Shown: positions 38,935 to 48,228, counted from the stretch's first letter. The stretch: DNA of 64,000 nucleotides from Flavobacteriales bacterium (GCA_027491215.1 JAIXWP010000103.1:10354-74353), one strand, 5' to 3'. Notes: a model not told the origin generated them from the sequence alone. Program-made: numbers and translations.

Positions 38935-39756
38935 CTAGCGAATAATTAAATCAGGAAAATCGGTGATAAATGAACGAACGCCCATCTGAAAGAGGCGTTC
39001 CATCTCCGCACGGTCATTTACTGTCCATGCTGATAATTCTACTCCTAAAGACTGACAATCTTCCACTACATCCTCGTTGATTAATTCATAGTAGGGAGAA
39101 AATCCATCAGGAATAAATTCCAACTTCTCGCACACATAATCAATATCTACTTCCTTTGATTCAGACAGTGCAATCAACGGAAGCTCACAACCCTGCTTAT
39201 CTAGCTCTAGCAAAACTCGAAGATCAAAACTTTGAATAGCGATAGGCCAACGCTCATCGATCAATTGTAATTCCTTCAATAAAATCTTCGCATATTCCTT
39301 TGGGGCTGGGTGAAACATTCCGTCAGTATTAGGGTGACTTTTTACTTCAACTGTTATCTGAGGAAAAGAAAAATCCTCTGGAAACTTCGCCTCTAATAGT
39401 TGCGTCATTTTCTTTAGCTCCAGCTTATGAGACTTCACCTTCTTTTGATTTGGAAACTTTGCATATTCCAATGTACCGAATGAATATTCGGTTATGTTTT
39501 GAGCAGTCATTTTAAATAAATTCAACTGCATTGATTCCTCTTTAGAAATACTGTCACCATTGGGCTTCAAGCAAAGTTCATTACACATGTATGGTTCATG
39601 AGAAATGATTACTTTTTCGTCTTTACTAATGACAATATCCAATTCTATGGCGTCAACTCCTAGCTTCAATGCATGGAAAAATGACTCATAAGAATTCTCA
39701 GGATAGGCACCGCGAAAGCCGCGATGACCATGTACGAACACCTCTTGTCTATTCAC
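38935..39756 (-). CDS. glycerophosphodiester phosphodiesterase family protein
   Basis: 273 aa. N-terminal HRGFRGAYPENS...GVDAIELDI (GDPD catalytic His/Arg/Glu/Asp). Confidence 0.8.
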   Translation of the reverse strand: MNRQEVFVHGHRGFRGAYPENSYESFFHALKLGVDAIELDIVISKDEKVIISHEPYMCNELCLKPNGDSISKEESMQLNLFKMTAQNITEYSFGTLEYAKFPNQKKVKSHKLELKKMTQLLEAKFPEDFSFPQITVEVKSHPNTDGMFHPAPKEYAKILLKELQLIDERWPIAIQSFDLRVLLELDKQGCELPLIALSESKEVDIDYVCEKLEFIPDGFSPYYELINEDVVEDCQSLGVELSAWTVNDRAEMERLFQMGVRSFITDFPDLIIR

Positions 39757-39758
39757 TC

Positions 39759-41183
39759 TTACTTGATATTTTTTGCAAGAAACGCTTGCACCTCACGAAT
39801 TCCTTTTGGTTTCAAAACAATTTTCCCTGTATTGTCTAACAAGAAAAACGCTGGAGTCTTTGTAACTCTATAATCCTTTGCCACCGGGCTTTCCCACTGT
39901 TTCATTCCACAGACATTCGGGAATGTAAATCCTCTATCATTCACTGCTGTTTCCCATGCAGCTTTGTTATTATCAACACTCACACCTACGATTTCAAATC
40001 CTTTTGGATTCCAAAGATCGTAGCATTGTTTTACTTCCGGAGCCTCACCCTTACAGTGTTCGCACCAGCTGCTCCAAAACATCACGAGTGTATATTTATT
40101 TTGCTTTGCTGTTTGATACAAATCCACTTTACCACCCTTCATAGTGGTCATGTTGATATTGGGCGGTATATTTCCTACTGATAAGTTTTGAATGCTTTCA
40201 GCTGTGCTTTTGATAATGTTTGATAGATCTGCATCACCACAAGATTCGCCATTCACATAATTGTCGATGATGTGTAAGCAAATATTTTCCATCCCACTTT
40301 CATAGAATCCAACTAGCATTTGGTTGAGTGTAAACTCAAGCACCATATCGTCTGCTTTCGACTTCTCAGCAAGGGTAGAAATACAAGATATAAATCCAGG
40401 CTCTGTTCCTTTGCTAAAAGAGCGCATATAGTTTTGAATACGATCGCTCATCACCAAACCATGAATAATACTGCGGTCTGTGAAGTCTATATTGTCCCAG
40501 TACTTATTCATATCGGTACGCTCTGGCTCCTGCTTCCAAGTAAGCACCTTCGCAAAGTGAGTATTTGGATAGGCACCAATCATCTTTGCTTGTAGCGCTG
40601 ATAGTTCGGCTTCCTTTTGTGAAACTTGCTTTTCATATTCACCTTTCAAAGAACTCTTAGCGCCTGCGACACGTGCGTCCTTAATGGCTTTCAACAACAC
40701 ATTTTCTTGCGGCACATAAGCTGCCCAAGCTTCATTCTCTTTAGAATTCACTGCCACCATTCCATTTTCCATTCTTCCACCCTTAAACTGCAACTCAACG
40801 ACAGGTTCAGCCGGATTAAGGATGATAGAAGCCATGTTATTATCTGCTGTTCCTATCATGTAAATACCTTGCTCGATTTGCTTAGATCCAAAGTCAAAAG
40901 CCCCAGCTTTAACAGCAGTCGAATCCATCTTGGTATTGGTTTTACCATAGGTATTCCACAAATAAATTTTTGATACTGCAGGATTTTGAATCGTACCCTT
41001 CACTTGGATGGGCCCTTTCTTCATTCCTTTGTTTTGGTCTGTAACACCATTGGTGTATTGCACTCCACCCACACTAGTAGTCTCGGTGGCACCCTTATTA
41101 TCGGAGTTGGTAGTACTTCCTCCACAACTTGCTACGCTAACTGTAACTGATAGAATAAGTCCAATAATATTCATGTGTTTCAT
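39759..41183 (-). CDS. TlpA/AhpC-family thioredoxin-fold lipoprotein
   Basis: The ORF extends to 41234. Likely starts are at 41195, 41183 or 41174, giving MKHMNIIGLILSVTVSVASCGG (lipobox). The C-terminal thioredoxin fold has WCEHCK. Confidence 0.7.
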   Translation of the reverse strand: MKHMNIIGLILSVTVSVASCGGSTTNSDNKGATETTSVGGVQYTNGVTDQNKGMKKGPIQVKGTIQNPAVSKIYLWNTYGKTNTKMDSTAVKAGAFDFGSKQIEQGIYMIGTADNNMASIILNPAEPVVELQFKGGRMENGMVAVNSKENEAWAAYVPQENVLLKAIKDARVAGAKSSLKGEYEKQVSQKEAELSALQAKMIGAYPNTHFAKVLTWKQEPERTDMNKYWDNIDFTDRSIIHGLVMSDRIQNYMRSFSKGTEPGFISCISTLAEKSKADDMVLEFTLNQMLVGFYESGMENICLHIIDNYVNGESCGDADLSNIIKSTAESIQNLSVGNIPPNINMTTMKGGKVDLYQTAKQNKYTLVMFWSSWCEHCKGEAPEVKQCYDLWNPKGFEIVGVSVDNNKAAWETAVNDRGFTFPNVCGMKQWESPVAKDYRVTKTPAFFLLDNTGKIVLKPKGIREVQAFLAKNIK

Positions 41184-41201
41184 TTGTGTAAACATAGATG
41201 A

Positions 41202-41209
41202 CAAAACTA
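41202..41209 (-). promoter_or_regulatory. Bacteroidota-type -7 promoter box (TAgtTTTG on the minus strand)
   Basis: The plus-strand sequence caaaacta is TAGTTTTG in reverse complement. It lies 6 nt upstream of the ATG at 41195 and 18 nt upstream of the ATG at 41183. Confidence 0.4.
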
Positions 41210-41232
41210 ATCTTTTTCCTTTAATTTGTGGC

Positions 41233-41784
41233 ATGACAAAAGAAGAAGCGCTGCACTATTTCGAATTGGACAAAGACTTCCAAGCACTAGAGTTATTAGA
41301 CCTTGTAGACGAAAAGCTCTTTGTTTTGAAAAATGAGGTTTTGCAAAAATTGGCCGTTCCTGCTCTTCTTGTCAAGCGCTTGAAGGAATCAGATAGGATT
41401 CTAATCGCCACTACAGCACTTCAGATGAACGAGGAAGTAGAGATTCCGAAATTCACAGTTGTAGCGTTTCCCCCCACCCCTATTGAATTCCTAGAATATT
41501 ATGAACGAGAACTTTCGACGGTGAAACTCATCATTTTCCATGCGAAATACCCTCAAGTTCTATCAGCAGGAATCCAACAATTGATTTCACTTCAGGAAGG
41601 CTATTTGAAGAATTTTGATGCAGTTTTTGGAAAGTATGGAGCGTCTGAAACAGAAGTCTCAGCACAACAAGCAATGGATAGCGGACCAGTTCTAAGAGCT
41701 CTGAAAGCCAATCAAGATGCGGAAGTTAGCGTTATCATTCAGACAGAGGCAGCTCGAGTGCGCAAACTTGTATCGTTAGGATAG
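41233..41784 (+). CDS. hypothetical cytoplasmic helical protein
   Basis: The track ORF starts at 41008, but its first 75 codons are antisense to the lipoprotein gene. I prefer the ATG at 41233 (MTKEEALHYFELDK..., 183 aa). No motif recognised. Confidence 0.5.
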   Translation: MTKEEALHYFELDKDFQALELLDLVDEKLFVLKNEVLQKLAVPALLVKRLKESDRILIATTALQMNEEVEIPKFTVVAFPPTPIEFLEYYERELSTVKLIIFHAKYPQVLSAGIQQLISLQEGYLKNFDAVFGKYGASETEVSAQQAMDSGPVLRALKANQDAEVSVIIQTEAARVRKLVSLG

Positions 41785-42359
41785 AGCTTTATCATTGTTC
41801 TTTTCCAAAGAAAAAAACAGAGGAATCCTACGAGACTCCCCATTGTCAATCCCATAAGAATATCACTTGGAAAGTGAACTCCTAAATAGATGCGTGAATA
41901 GCTAATTAGCAATAGCCAAAGGATACACAGTGCGGTAATCCATCTTTTCACAGGGCGCATCCAGAGAAGGAAAAGCACAGCTACACCAGCATAATTTGCA
42001 GCGTGCGAAGAATAAAAACCAAACCTCCCACCCTTGTAAACCTGACCATTAGGCTCAATAGAATAATGAAGTTTCGATTGAATTAGCGGATCATGGCTTG
42101 GTCGAAATCGGCCCACCCAATTTTTAAAAATTCCACTCGCAACTTGGTCATTGATCAGCACTGAAAGCGCAAGAAAAACAATGACCCAAACAAAAACTTT
42201 TGTTGAATACCTTTTATAAAGCGCATAAAGCAGCAAGAGATAGATTGGAATCCAGAAAAGCTTTTCACTAAAATACCACATTATACGATCAAGAAATGGA
42301 AAGGCATCCGTATTGAGCCATTCCATTAATTGATAGTCGAATTCCAATAATCCATTCAT
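41739..42359 (-). CDS. PAP2-family membrane phosphatase
   Basis: 206 aa. Canonical motifs are KNWVGRFRP (K-x6-R-P), SSHAAN (S-x-H) and SRIYLGVHFPSD (S-R-x5-H-x3-D). Confidence 0.8.
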   Translation of the reverse strand: MNGLLEFDYQLMEWLNTDAFPFLDRIMWYFSEKLFWIPIYLLLLYALYKRYSTKVFVWVIVFLALSVLINDQVASGIFKNWVGRFRPSHDPLIQSKLHYSIEPNGQVYKGGRFGFYSSHAANYAGVAVLFLLWMRPVKRWITALCILWLLLISYSRIYLGVHFPSDILMGLTMGSLVGFLCFFLWKRTMIKLYPNDTSLRTRAASV

Positions 42360-44125
42360 CAGTCGCGATAGATATCTTGCACCAATGATTGATAATTCTC
42401 CATGATTTTTTTACGCTTGAGTTTTAGTGTTGGAGTTATCTCTCCAGCATCAATGGTGAATGGTTTTGGCACAATGCGGAAAGCCTTGATTTGCTCCCAT
42501 TTTCCAAAGCGTTCGTTGCGTTTTTCAATCTCGTTATAGATAAGCTTTTCTACCGTATCACTCTTCAAGAATTCATCGTGATTATCATACTTAATGCCCT
42601 TGCGATCTGCCCATGATTTAAGCGCCACGGCATCTACCACTATCAATGCAGCAGGGAAATTTTTGCTCTCACCGATGACCATACATTGCTCGATAAACAA
42701 TGATTCTTTCAAGACATTTTCTATCAATTGTGGTGCAACATACTTTCCTCCACTTGTCTTGAACATTTCTTTCTTACGATCAGTAATTTTCAAGAAACCA
42801 TCATTCACCTCGCCGATATCACCTGTGTGAAACCATCCGTCTTTCAAGACTTCTGCGGTGAGTTCTGGATTTTTATAATAGCCCATCATCACGTTTGGAC
42901 CTTTACACAGGATTTCTCCGTCCTCTGCAATTTTCACTTGAACATTATTGATCATCTTTCCTACAGTTCCCACACGGTACATGCCAGGTTGACGCATAGA
43001 GTTTACCGAAATAACAGGTGAAGTTTCTGTAAGGCCATATCCTTCCTTAATGATAATGCCAGCTCCGCAGAAGAAGCGAGCCAAGCGTGATTGAAGCGCT
43101 GCACTGCCCGAAGGAACAGCCTTAATATGTGTCAATCCAAGGGCAGCTTTTACTTTACTAAAGACTAATTTTCTTGCAATCGCAAGTTTCACTTTATACC
43201 AACCACCTTTGTCTATATCCCACTCTAACGCTACTCCAACAGACCATTGGAAAATCTTCTTTTTTAGACCAGTATTACTCAAGCCTTTTGCGATAACACC
43301 ATCGTAGAACTTTTCCAAAAGTCGAGGTACCGCTGAGAACAATTCAGGCTGCACATAAGCCAAGTCATCTTTCACATTATCTAATCCGCTTAGATAAATT
43401 GACACTCCATTGCTGATATAGAGATAATGGAGCATGCGCTCATAAATATGGCAGCAAGGCAAGAAGCTCAAACTTACACTCGCCCCCTTCTCCAAATCGG
43501 GAAGACGGTCTTCTGAATCAACAGCATTGCTAGCAATGTTTTGATGCGATAGCATTACACCTTTAGGTAATCCTGTAGTTCCAGATGTATAAATGATGGT
43601 GGCTAAATCCTCTGACTTAACCGCATTCGAAATATCTTTTACTCTTTGATGATCGCCTGATTTACCAAGCTCCACTACTTCAAGCCAATTTTTTGCTCCG
43701 TTAACTTTTTCGAAAGTATAAATCTCCTTCAAAGTTGGAACGCGATCTTTAATGGCCATTACTTTCGCATACACATCCTCATCCGAGACAAAGCAGTAGG
43801 TGGATTCAGAGTGATTCATAATGTAGGCGTAGTCCTCTGAAGTCATTGTTGGATAGATAGGAATATCTATTGCTCCGATTTGTAACGAAGCATGATCCAT
43901 GACATTCCATTCTGTGCGATTCGTTGAAGTAATCAATGCGATTTTATCGCCTTTCTGAACACCCAATTGCAGCAGTCCAGCGGAAGCATTATTCATCATT
44001 TCCACAAATTGATTTGTAGAATATGATTTCCATTCCCCAGCTAATTTTGATGTGAAAGCTTTTTCAAGAGGAAATTGCTTTTGTTGGATATATATAAAGT
44101 CAAAAAGACGAAATTGAGTCGACAT
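42359..44125 (-). CDS. long-chain-fatty-acid--CoA ligase (AMP-forming)
   Basis: The ORF extends to 44188. I prefer the ATG at 44125 (MSTQFRLFDFIY). AMP-binding motif IYTSGTTGLPKGVMLSH, plus GYGLTET and TGDIGE. Its stop shares one nucleotide with the PAP2 start (TGATG). Confidence 0.85.
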   Translation of the reverse strand: MSTQFRLFDFIYIQQKQFPLEKAFTSKLAGEWKSYSTNQFVEMMNNASAGLLQLGVQKGDKIALITSTNRTEWNVMDHASLQIGAIDIPIYPTMTSEDYAYIMNHSESTYCFVSDEDVYAKVMAIKDRVPTLKEIYTFEKVNGAKNWLEVVELGKSGDHQRVKDISNAVKSEDLATIIYTSGTTGLPKGVMLSHQNIASNAVDSEDRLPDLEKGASVSLSFLPCCHIYERMLHYLYISNGVSIYLSGLDNVKDDLAYVQPELFSAVPRLLEKFYDGVIAKGLSNTGLKKKIFQWSVGVALEWDIDKGGWYKVKLAIARKLVFSKVKAALGLTHIKAVPSGSAALQSRLARFFCGAGIIIKEGYGLTETSPVISVNSMRQPGMYRVGTVGKMINNVQVKIAEDGEILCKGPNVMMGYYKNPELTAEVLKDGWFHTGDIGEVNDGFLKITDRKKEMFKTSGGKYVAPQLIENVLKESLFIEQCMVIGESKNFPAALIVVDAVALKSWADRKGIKYDNHDEFLKSDTVEKLIYNEIEKRNERFGKWEQIKAFRIVPKPFTIDAGEITPTLKLKRKKIMENYQSLVQDIYRD

Positions 44126-44251
44126 GTGGTCTGGTTTTAAGGCTCTAATATAAAAAATCCACGGAAATAGCACCATCCAAGAAGTCATTGAAGCTCTTTC
44201 TCTCTCATTTTCAATGAAAAAAAGATAGAAATTGAATCATATAATCTTGTC

Positions 44252-44259
44252 TATTTTTG
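44252..44259 (+). promoter_or_regulatory. Bacteroidota-type -7 promoter box (TAttTTTG)
   Basis: Exact TAnnTTTG, 21 nt upstream of the ATG at 44281. Confidence 0.35.
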
Positions 44260-44280
44260 CGCACCATATAAAATATTTCA

Positions 44281-45174
44281 ATGAAAAATATTTCAGTCAT
44301 CGGAGCGGGTACCATGGGAAATGGAATCGCACACGTTTTTGCACAACATGGATACACCGTCCAATTGATAGATGTGAATGCTGCATCGCTTGAAAAAGCT
44401 ATTGCAACCATCACTAAAAATCTCGACCGTCAAGTTTCTAAGAATCTTTTAACAGAAGAAGAAAAGAACGCGACATTGTCACGTTTAACCACTACCACAG
44501 ACCTCGCGTCAGGAGTTGCTAATGCTGAATTAGTGGTAGAAGCTGCTACAGAAAATGTAGATCTCAAGTTGAAAATTTTCAAGGACATGGATGCCAATGC
44601 ACCTGCTCATTGCATCCTTGCAACGAATACCTCTTCTATTTCAATTACTAAAATTGCGGCGGTAACTTCTCGTCCTGATAAAGTAATTGGAATGCACTTC
44701 ATGAATCCTGTACCAGTAATGAAATTAGTAGAGGTCATTCGAGGTTACAACACTACAGATGAAGTAACCAAAATGATATTCGACTTAAGCGTTTCATTGC
44801 AGAAAGTACCCGTAGAAGTAAATGACTACCCAGGTTTTGTAGCGAATCGTATTTTGATGCCAATGATTAATGAGGCTATCTATACGTTATATGAAGGAGT
44901 TGCAGGAGTTGAAGAAATTGACACTGTAATGAAGCTAGGAATGGGTCATCCAATGGGTCCATTGCGCTTGGCGGATTTCATTGGCCTAGATGTTTGTCTT
45001 GCCATCTTGCGTGTGATGCACGACGGTTTCGGAAATCCTAAATATGCTCCATGTCCGTTATTAGTAAACATGGTAGCAGCTGGAAAGATGGGAGATAAAT
45101 CAGGTGAAGGTTTCTATAAAGTGAATAAGGAAACCAAAGAACTTACTGTTTCAGCGAGTTTTTCCAAAAAATAG
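44281..45174 (+). CDS. 3-hydroxybutyryl-CoA / 3-hydroxyacyl-CoA dehydrogenase
   Basis: 297 aa. N-terminal NAD fold VIGAGTMGNGIA, and a catalytic region NTSSISIT...HFMNPVPVMKLVE. Confidence 0.85.
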   Translation: MKNISVIGAGTMGNGIAHVFAQHGYTVQLIDVNAASLEKAIATITKNLDRQVSKNLLTEEEKNATLSRLTTTTDLASGVANAELVVEAATENVDLKLKIFKDMDANAPAHCILATNTSSISITKIAAVTSRPDKVIGMHFMNPVPVMKLVEVIRGYNTTDEVTKMIFDLSVSLQKVPVEVNDYPGFVANRILMPMINEAIYTLYEGVAGVEEIDTVMKLGMGHPMGPLRLADFIGLDVCLAILRVMHDGFGNPKYAPCPLLVNMVAAGKMGDKSGEGFYKVNKETKELTVSASFSKK

Positions 45175-45227
45175 CAAGCTCACATTCAAGGCAATAGAAA
45201 AAAATTGCATTGAAATATGAAAAAAGA

Positions 45228-45258
45228 TTTGGATATGTAAAAAGGGTTGGTATCTTTG
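45228..45258 (+). promoter_or_regulatory. candidate tRNA-Val promoter (-33 TTTG, 19-nt spacer, -7 TAtcTTTG)
   Basis: TTTG at 45228-45231 and TATCTTTG at 45251-45258. The tRNA 5' end is 26 nt downstream of the -7 box. Confidence 0.5.
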
Positions 45259-45284
45259 CGCCCGCTTTTAGCGAAAAGCATCAA

Positions 45285-45359
45285 GGGAGCTTAGCTCAGC
45301 TGGTTCAGAGCATCTGCCTTACAAGCAGAGGGTCACTGGTTCGAACCCAGTAGCTCCCA
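45285..45359 (+). tRNA. tRNA-Val (anticodon TAC)
   Basis: 75 nt. 7-bp acceptor stem GGGAGCT/AGCTCCC, D-loop AGCTCAGCTGGTTCAGAGC, anticodon stem TCTGC/GCAGA with loop CTTACAA, and T-arm GGTTCGAACCC. CCA is not encoded. Confidence 0.95.
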
Positions 45360-45368
45360 CAAACATTA

Positions 45369-45399
45369 AAAGCCTTCTCAGCGAGAAGGCTTTTTTTTT
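45369..45399 (+). terminator. rho-independent terminator after tRNA-Val
   Basis: Stem AGCCTTCT/AGAAGGCT, loop CAGCG, followed by T9. Confidence 0.85.
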
Positions 45400-45414
45400 A
45401 AAAAAACATTACTT

Positions 45415-45828
45415 ATGAAAGTGTCATTAGAAAAAATTCTCTCGGTATCAGGTAAGCCTGGAATCTTCCAACTTATCGCAGGTGGTAAAAATATCATCGT
45501 AGCGGAGTCTTTGGTGGATGGAAAGAGATTGCCAATTCACCCTAACCAACGCGTTAGCTCTTTGTCTGACATCAGCATTTTTACTATCGAAGAAGATGTT
45601 CCTTTGAAGGATGTATTCGGAAAAATGAAAGAGCACTATCAAGGTGCTGTAGCGATCGATCACAAATCAGAATCAAAAACCTTGAGATCTGAAATTGAAA
45701 AGTTCCTTCCAACATACGATAGCGAGCGTGTCTATGATAGCGATATCAAGAAGTTGTTCCAGTGGTACAACATTCTTCAATCAAAAGACATGTTAGAATT
45801 TGAAGAGGCTGAGGATACAGCTGAATAA
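45415..45828 (+). CDS. DUF5606-like protein (function unknown)
   Basis: 137 aa. The N-terminal block ILSVSGKPGIFQLI...VAESLVDGKR and the later RVYDSDIKKLFQWYNIL match my memory of a conserved Bacteroidota family annotated DUF5606. Confidence 0.55.
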   Translation: MKVSLEKILSVSGKPGIFQLIAGGKNIIVAESLVDGKRLPIHPNQRVSSLSDISIFTIEEDVPLKDVFGKMKEHYQGAVAIDHKSESKTLRSEIEKFLPTYDSERVYDSDIKKLFQWYNILQSKDMLEFEEAEDTAE

Positions 45829-45839
45829 GATATTAATCA

Positions 45840-46286
45840 CTACTTCGAAAATGGGATTTCTTTTAAGAACTCCCATTTTTTTTGCTCTATAAATATCTCG
45901 GCAGCGAAGATTTCCATTCCATTGGTGACCACCAAATAGGGGACTTCTAACGTCAAATTATATCTCGCTGCTTGGTCAAACGTTGCTTGACTGACGGGTA
46001 TTTGTGGTGCTTTGCATTCAACCAGCATAAATGGCCTGCCCTGAGCGTCAAATACAATGATGTCTGCTCGCTTTGTAAGCCCAACCACTTTCAGAGTGTA
46101 CTCCACTGCGATTCGCCCCAGAGGATAACCTAATCCTTCTATGAGGTAGCGCACCATATGCTGACGCACCAATTCTTCAGGAGTGAGTAATATCCATTTC
46201 TTCCGCGCTTCATCCCATATCTCAGTACCTCGCGAAGTGGATTTTGTGCGAAAAGAATAATTCGGAAAAATGAATTGTTGATTCAT
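45840..46286 (-). CDS. stand-alone type I restriction enzyme HsdR N-terminal (PD-(D/E)xK-like) domain protein
   Basis: The ORF extends to 46397. I prefer the ATG at 46286 (MNQQFIFPNYS, 148 aa). The core ADIIVFD...PFMLVECKAP fits the D...E-x-K nuclease-fold motif of HSDR_N-family small proteins. Confidence 0.6.
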   Translation of the reverse strand: MNQQFIFPNYSFRTKSTSRGTEIWDEARKKWILLTPEELVRQHMVRYLIEGLGYPLGRIAVEYTLKVVGLTKRADIIVFDAQGRPFMLVECKAPQIPVSQATFDQAARYNLTLEVPYLVVTNGMEIFAAEIFIEQKKWEFLKEIPFSK

Positions 46287-46326
46287 GGTTGAAGGCCACG
46301 AAATTAGTGCATACAAGGAATAATAG

Positions 46327-46334
46327 TATATTTG
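46327..46334 (+). promoter_or_regulatory. Bacteroidota-type -7 promoter box (TAtaTTTG)
   Basis: Exact TAnnTTTG, ending 6 nt before the ATG at 46341. Confidence 0.4.
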
Positions 46335-46340
46335 AAACTT

Positions 46341-47114
46341 ATGGAAACAAAAGAAGAAATCGTAAAGAATTGGCTGCCCCGCTACACCGGGACACAAATT
46401 GAAGATTTTGGGGAGTATATTCTTTTAACCAACTTCGATAATTACGTTCAGAAATTCGCTGAATGGCACAATGTGCCTATCATTGGACTCGATAAAGCAA
46501 TGTCCACTGCAACTGCTGATGGTGTTACCATTATAAATTTCAGTATGGGTAGTGCTAACGCGGCAACCATCATGGATTTGCTAAGCGCCATACATCCTAA
46601 AGCTGTTTTATTTCTTGGAAAATGTGGCGGTCTAAAATCGAAAAGTCAAATTGGAGATTTGATTTTGCCCCTTGCAGGAATACGTGGAGAAGGAACTTCA
46701 AATGACTATTTTCCACCTGAAGTACCTGCTCTACCAGCATTTCCGCTTCAGCGAGCTGTGTCTTCGACCATCCGAGACAAAGGACTTGACTACTGGACTG
46801 GCACTGTCTACACTACCAACCGTCGTGTATGGGAACATGACACCAACTTCAAAGATTACCTGAGAAAAATAAGAGCAATGGCCATTGATATGGAAACTGC
46901 TACGCTTTTTTCTGTTGGGTTTGCAAATAAAATTCCTGTTGGAGCCCTTCTTCTTGTGAGTGATCAACCAATGGATCCACAGGGGGTAAAGACATCAGAG
47001 AGCGATAAGAAAGTAACATCAAACTTCGTAGATACGCATATCAAAATTGGTATCGAAGCATTGAAAGAAATTAGAGATGAAGGTCGTTCTGTAAGACATT
47101 TGAAGTGGGAATAA
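46341..47114 (+). CDS. amn: AMP nucleosidase (short Bacteroidota form; PNP/UDP phosphorylase fold)
   Basis: 257 aa from the ATG at 46341. The blocks WLPRYTG...FGEYILLTNF, FLGKCGGL, IRGEGTSNDY and AIDMETATLF match short AMP nucleosidases. Confidence 0.7.
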   Translation: METKEEIVKNWLPRYTGTQIEDFGEYILLTNFDNYVQKFAEWHNVPIIGLDKAMSTATADGVTIINFSMGSANAATIMDLLSAIHPKAVLFLGKCGGLKSKSQIGDLILPLAGIRGEGTSNDYFPPEVPALPAFPLQRAVSSTIRDKGLDYWTGTVYTTNRRVWEHDTNFKDYLRKIRAMAIDMETATLFSVGFANKIPVGALLLVSDQPMDPQGVKTSESDKKVTSNFVDTHIKIGIEALKEIRDEGRSVRHLKWE

Positions 47115-47121
47115 TTAAGAC

Positions 47122-48192
47122 ATGGATCATTTAAAAATCATTCGAGACATTGAAATGCGGAATTTCAAACCCATCTATTTCTTGATGGGAGAAGAGCCTT
47201 ATTTCATTGATCTTATTTCAGATAAAATTGAGAACACCGTTTTGGACGAAGCATCAAAAGCATTCGGACAAACCATTGTGTATGGCCGTGATGTCAATCT
47301 CGATCAAGTGATTTCACTCAGCAAAGGTTTTCCGATGATGGGAGATTTGCAAGTAGTGATGGTGAAAGAAGCGCAAGACTTAAAAGAATTCAAGCGTGCA
47401 AAATCAAGCGATGATGATGAAGAAGAAGCTACTGCTGAAGATGCACAGAAGAATGACAAATCATCATTAACCAGTTTTGAAAATTATGTAGCAAACCCTT
47501 CCCCTACAACCATTCTGGTGTTTGCAATGAAGGGAAAGAAGCTCGATAAGCGTCTTAAATTTTATAAGACTTTGGAAAAAGTTGGAGTTGTATTTGACTC
47601 TGAAAAAATCAAAGATTATAAGATGGCAGATTGGATCAGAAGCTACGTGCAGCAATCAGGTTTTACTATTGAAAATAGCGTTGCTGAGCTTCTCTCCGAA
47701 TATCTTGGAAATGATTTAAGCAAGGTAGTAAATGAAATTAGCAAGCTTGCCATCATTCTTCCGAAAGGCACACATATCAACGCTCAGCACGTCGAGGACA
47801 ATATTGGGATCTCAAAAGATTTCAATGTTTGGGAATTACAAAAATCATTGGGACAAAAAGATGTGTTGAAGGCAAACCGCATCATTCATTATTTTGAAAA
47901 TAATCCCAAAGCCCACCCAATTCAAATGACCATTCCAAGTTTGTATTCGTACTTCACGAAATTGGCCATTTACATTTCCCTAAAAGATAAATCACAAGCT
48001 GCAAGTGCTATGGGAGTTAATCCTTATGCTATCAATGATTACAAAGCAGCAAGCACAAAATATGACGCTCGAAAAGTAGAACGTATCATCGGTTACTTGC
48101 GTCAAGCGGATAGACAAAGCAAGGGTTTGGAAGAAGGTAAATACACCATTGGAGATATCTATCGAGAATTGATTTTTAAAACATTGCACTGA
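47122..48192 (+). CDS. holA: DNA polymerase III subunit delta
   Basis: 356 aa. N-terminal pattern PIYFLMGEEPYFID...VVMVKEAQ, and a C-terminal helical domain. Contains an acidic low-complexity stretch SSDDDEEEATAEDAQ. Confidence 0.8.
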   Translation: MDHLKIIRDIEMRNFKPIYFLMGEEPYFIDLISDKIENTVLDEASKAFGQTIVYGRDVNLDQVISLSKGFPMMGDLQVVMVKEAQDLKEFKRAKSSDDDEEEATAEDAQKNDKSSLTSFENYVANPSPTTILVFAMKGKKLDKRLKFYKTLEKVGVVFDSEKIKDYKMADWIRSYVQQSGFTIENSVAELLSEYLGNDLSKVVNEISKLAIILPKGTHINAQHVEDNIGISKDFNVWELQKSLGQKDVLKANRIIHYFENNPKAHPIQMTIPSLYSYFTKLAIYISLKDKSQAASAMGVNPYAINDYKAASTKYDARKVERIIGYLRQADRQSKGLEEGKYTIGDIYRELIFKTLH

Positions 48193-48228
48193 CAATTCGA
48201 AAAAACAGTGCTTGTATTTTCGCGAACT

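Noticed and set aside
41008-41232. A 75-codon N-terminal extension of the 41008-41784 ORF.
   Set aside because: It is antisense to the N-terminus and signal peptide of the TlpA-like lipoprotein gene. The translated extension is Pro/Leu/Val-rich nonsense. The ATG at 41233 leaves a normal divergent intergenic region containing a minus-strand -7 box.
45216-45239. A seven-codon mini-ORF (MKKDLDM) upstream of tRNA-Val.
   Set aside because: It overlaps the predicted tRNA promoter -33 region, has no plausible function, and is expected by chance in AT-rich sequence.
45285-45359. tRNA-Val as an integration hotspot for a genomic island.
   Set aside because: There is no integrase, no phage or conjugation genes, and I noticed no repeat of the tRNA 3' end downstream. 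The flanking genes are ordinary conserved genes, and the tRNA has its own promoter and terminator.
37371-46286. The RecD/Pif1-like helicase (37371-38804) and the HsdR_N-domain protein (45840-46286) as possible defence-system components.
   Set aside because: Neither has a methyltransferase, specificity subunit, nuclease partner or other defence gene adjacent. Both are embedded in housekeeping operons or neighbourhoods. Both resemble small, widely conserved Bacteroidota families, not island-borne genes.
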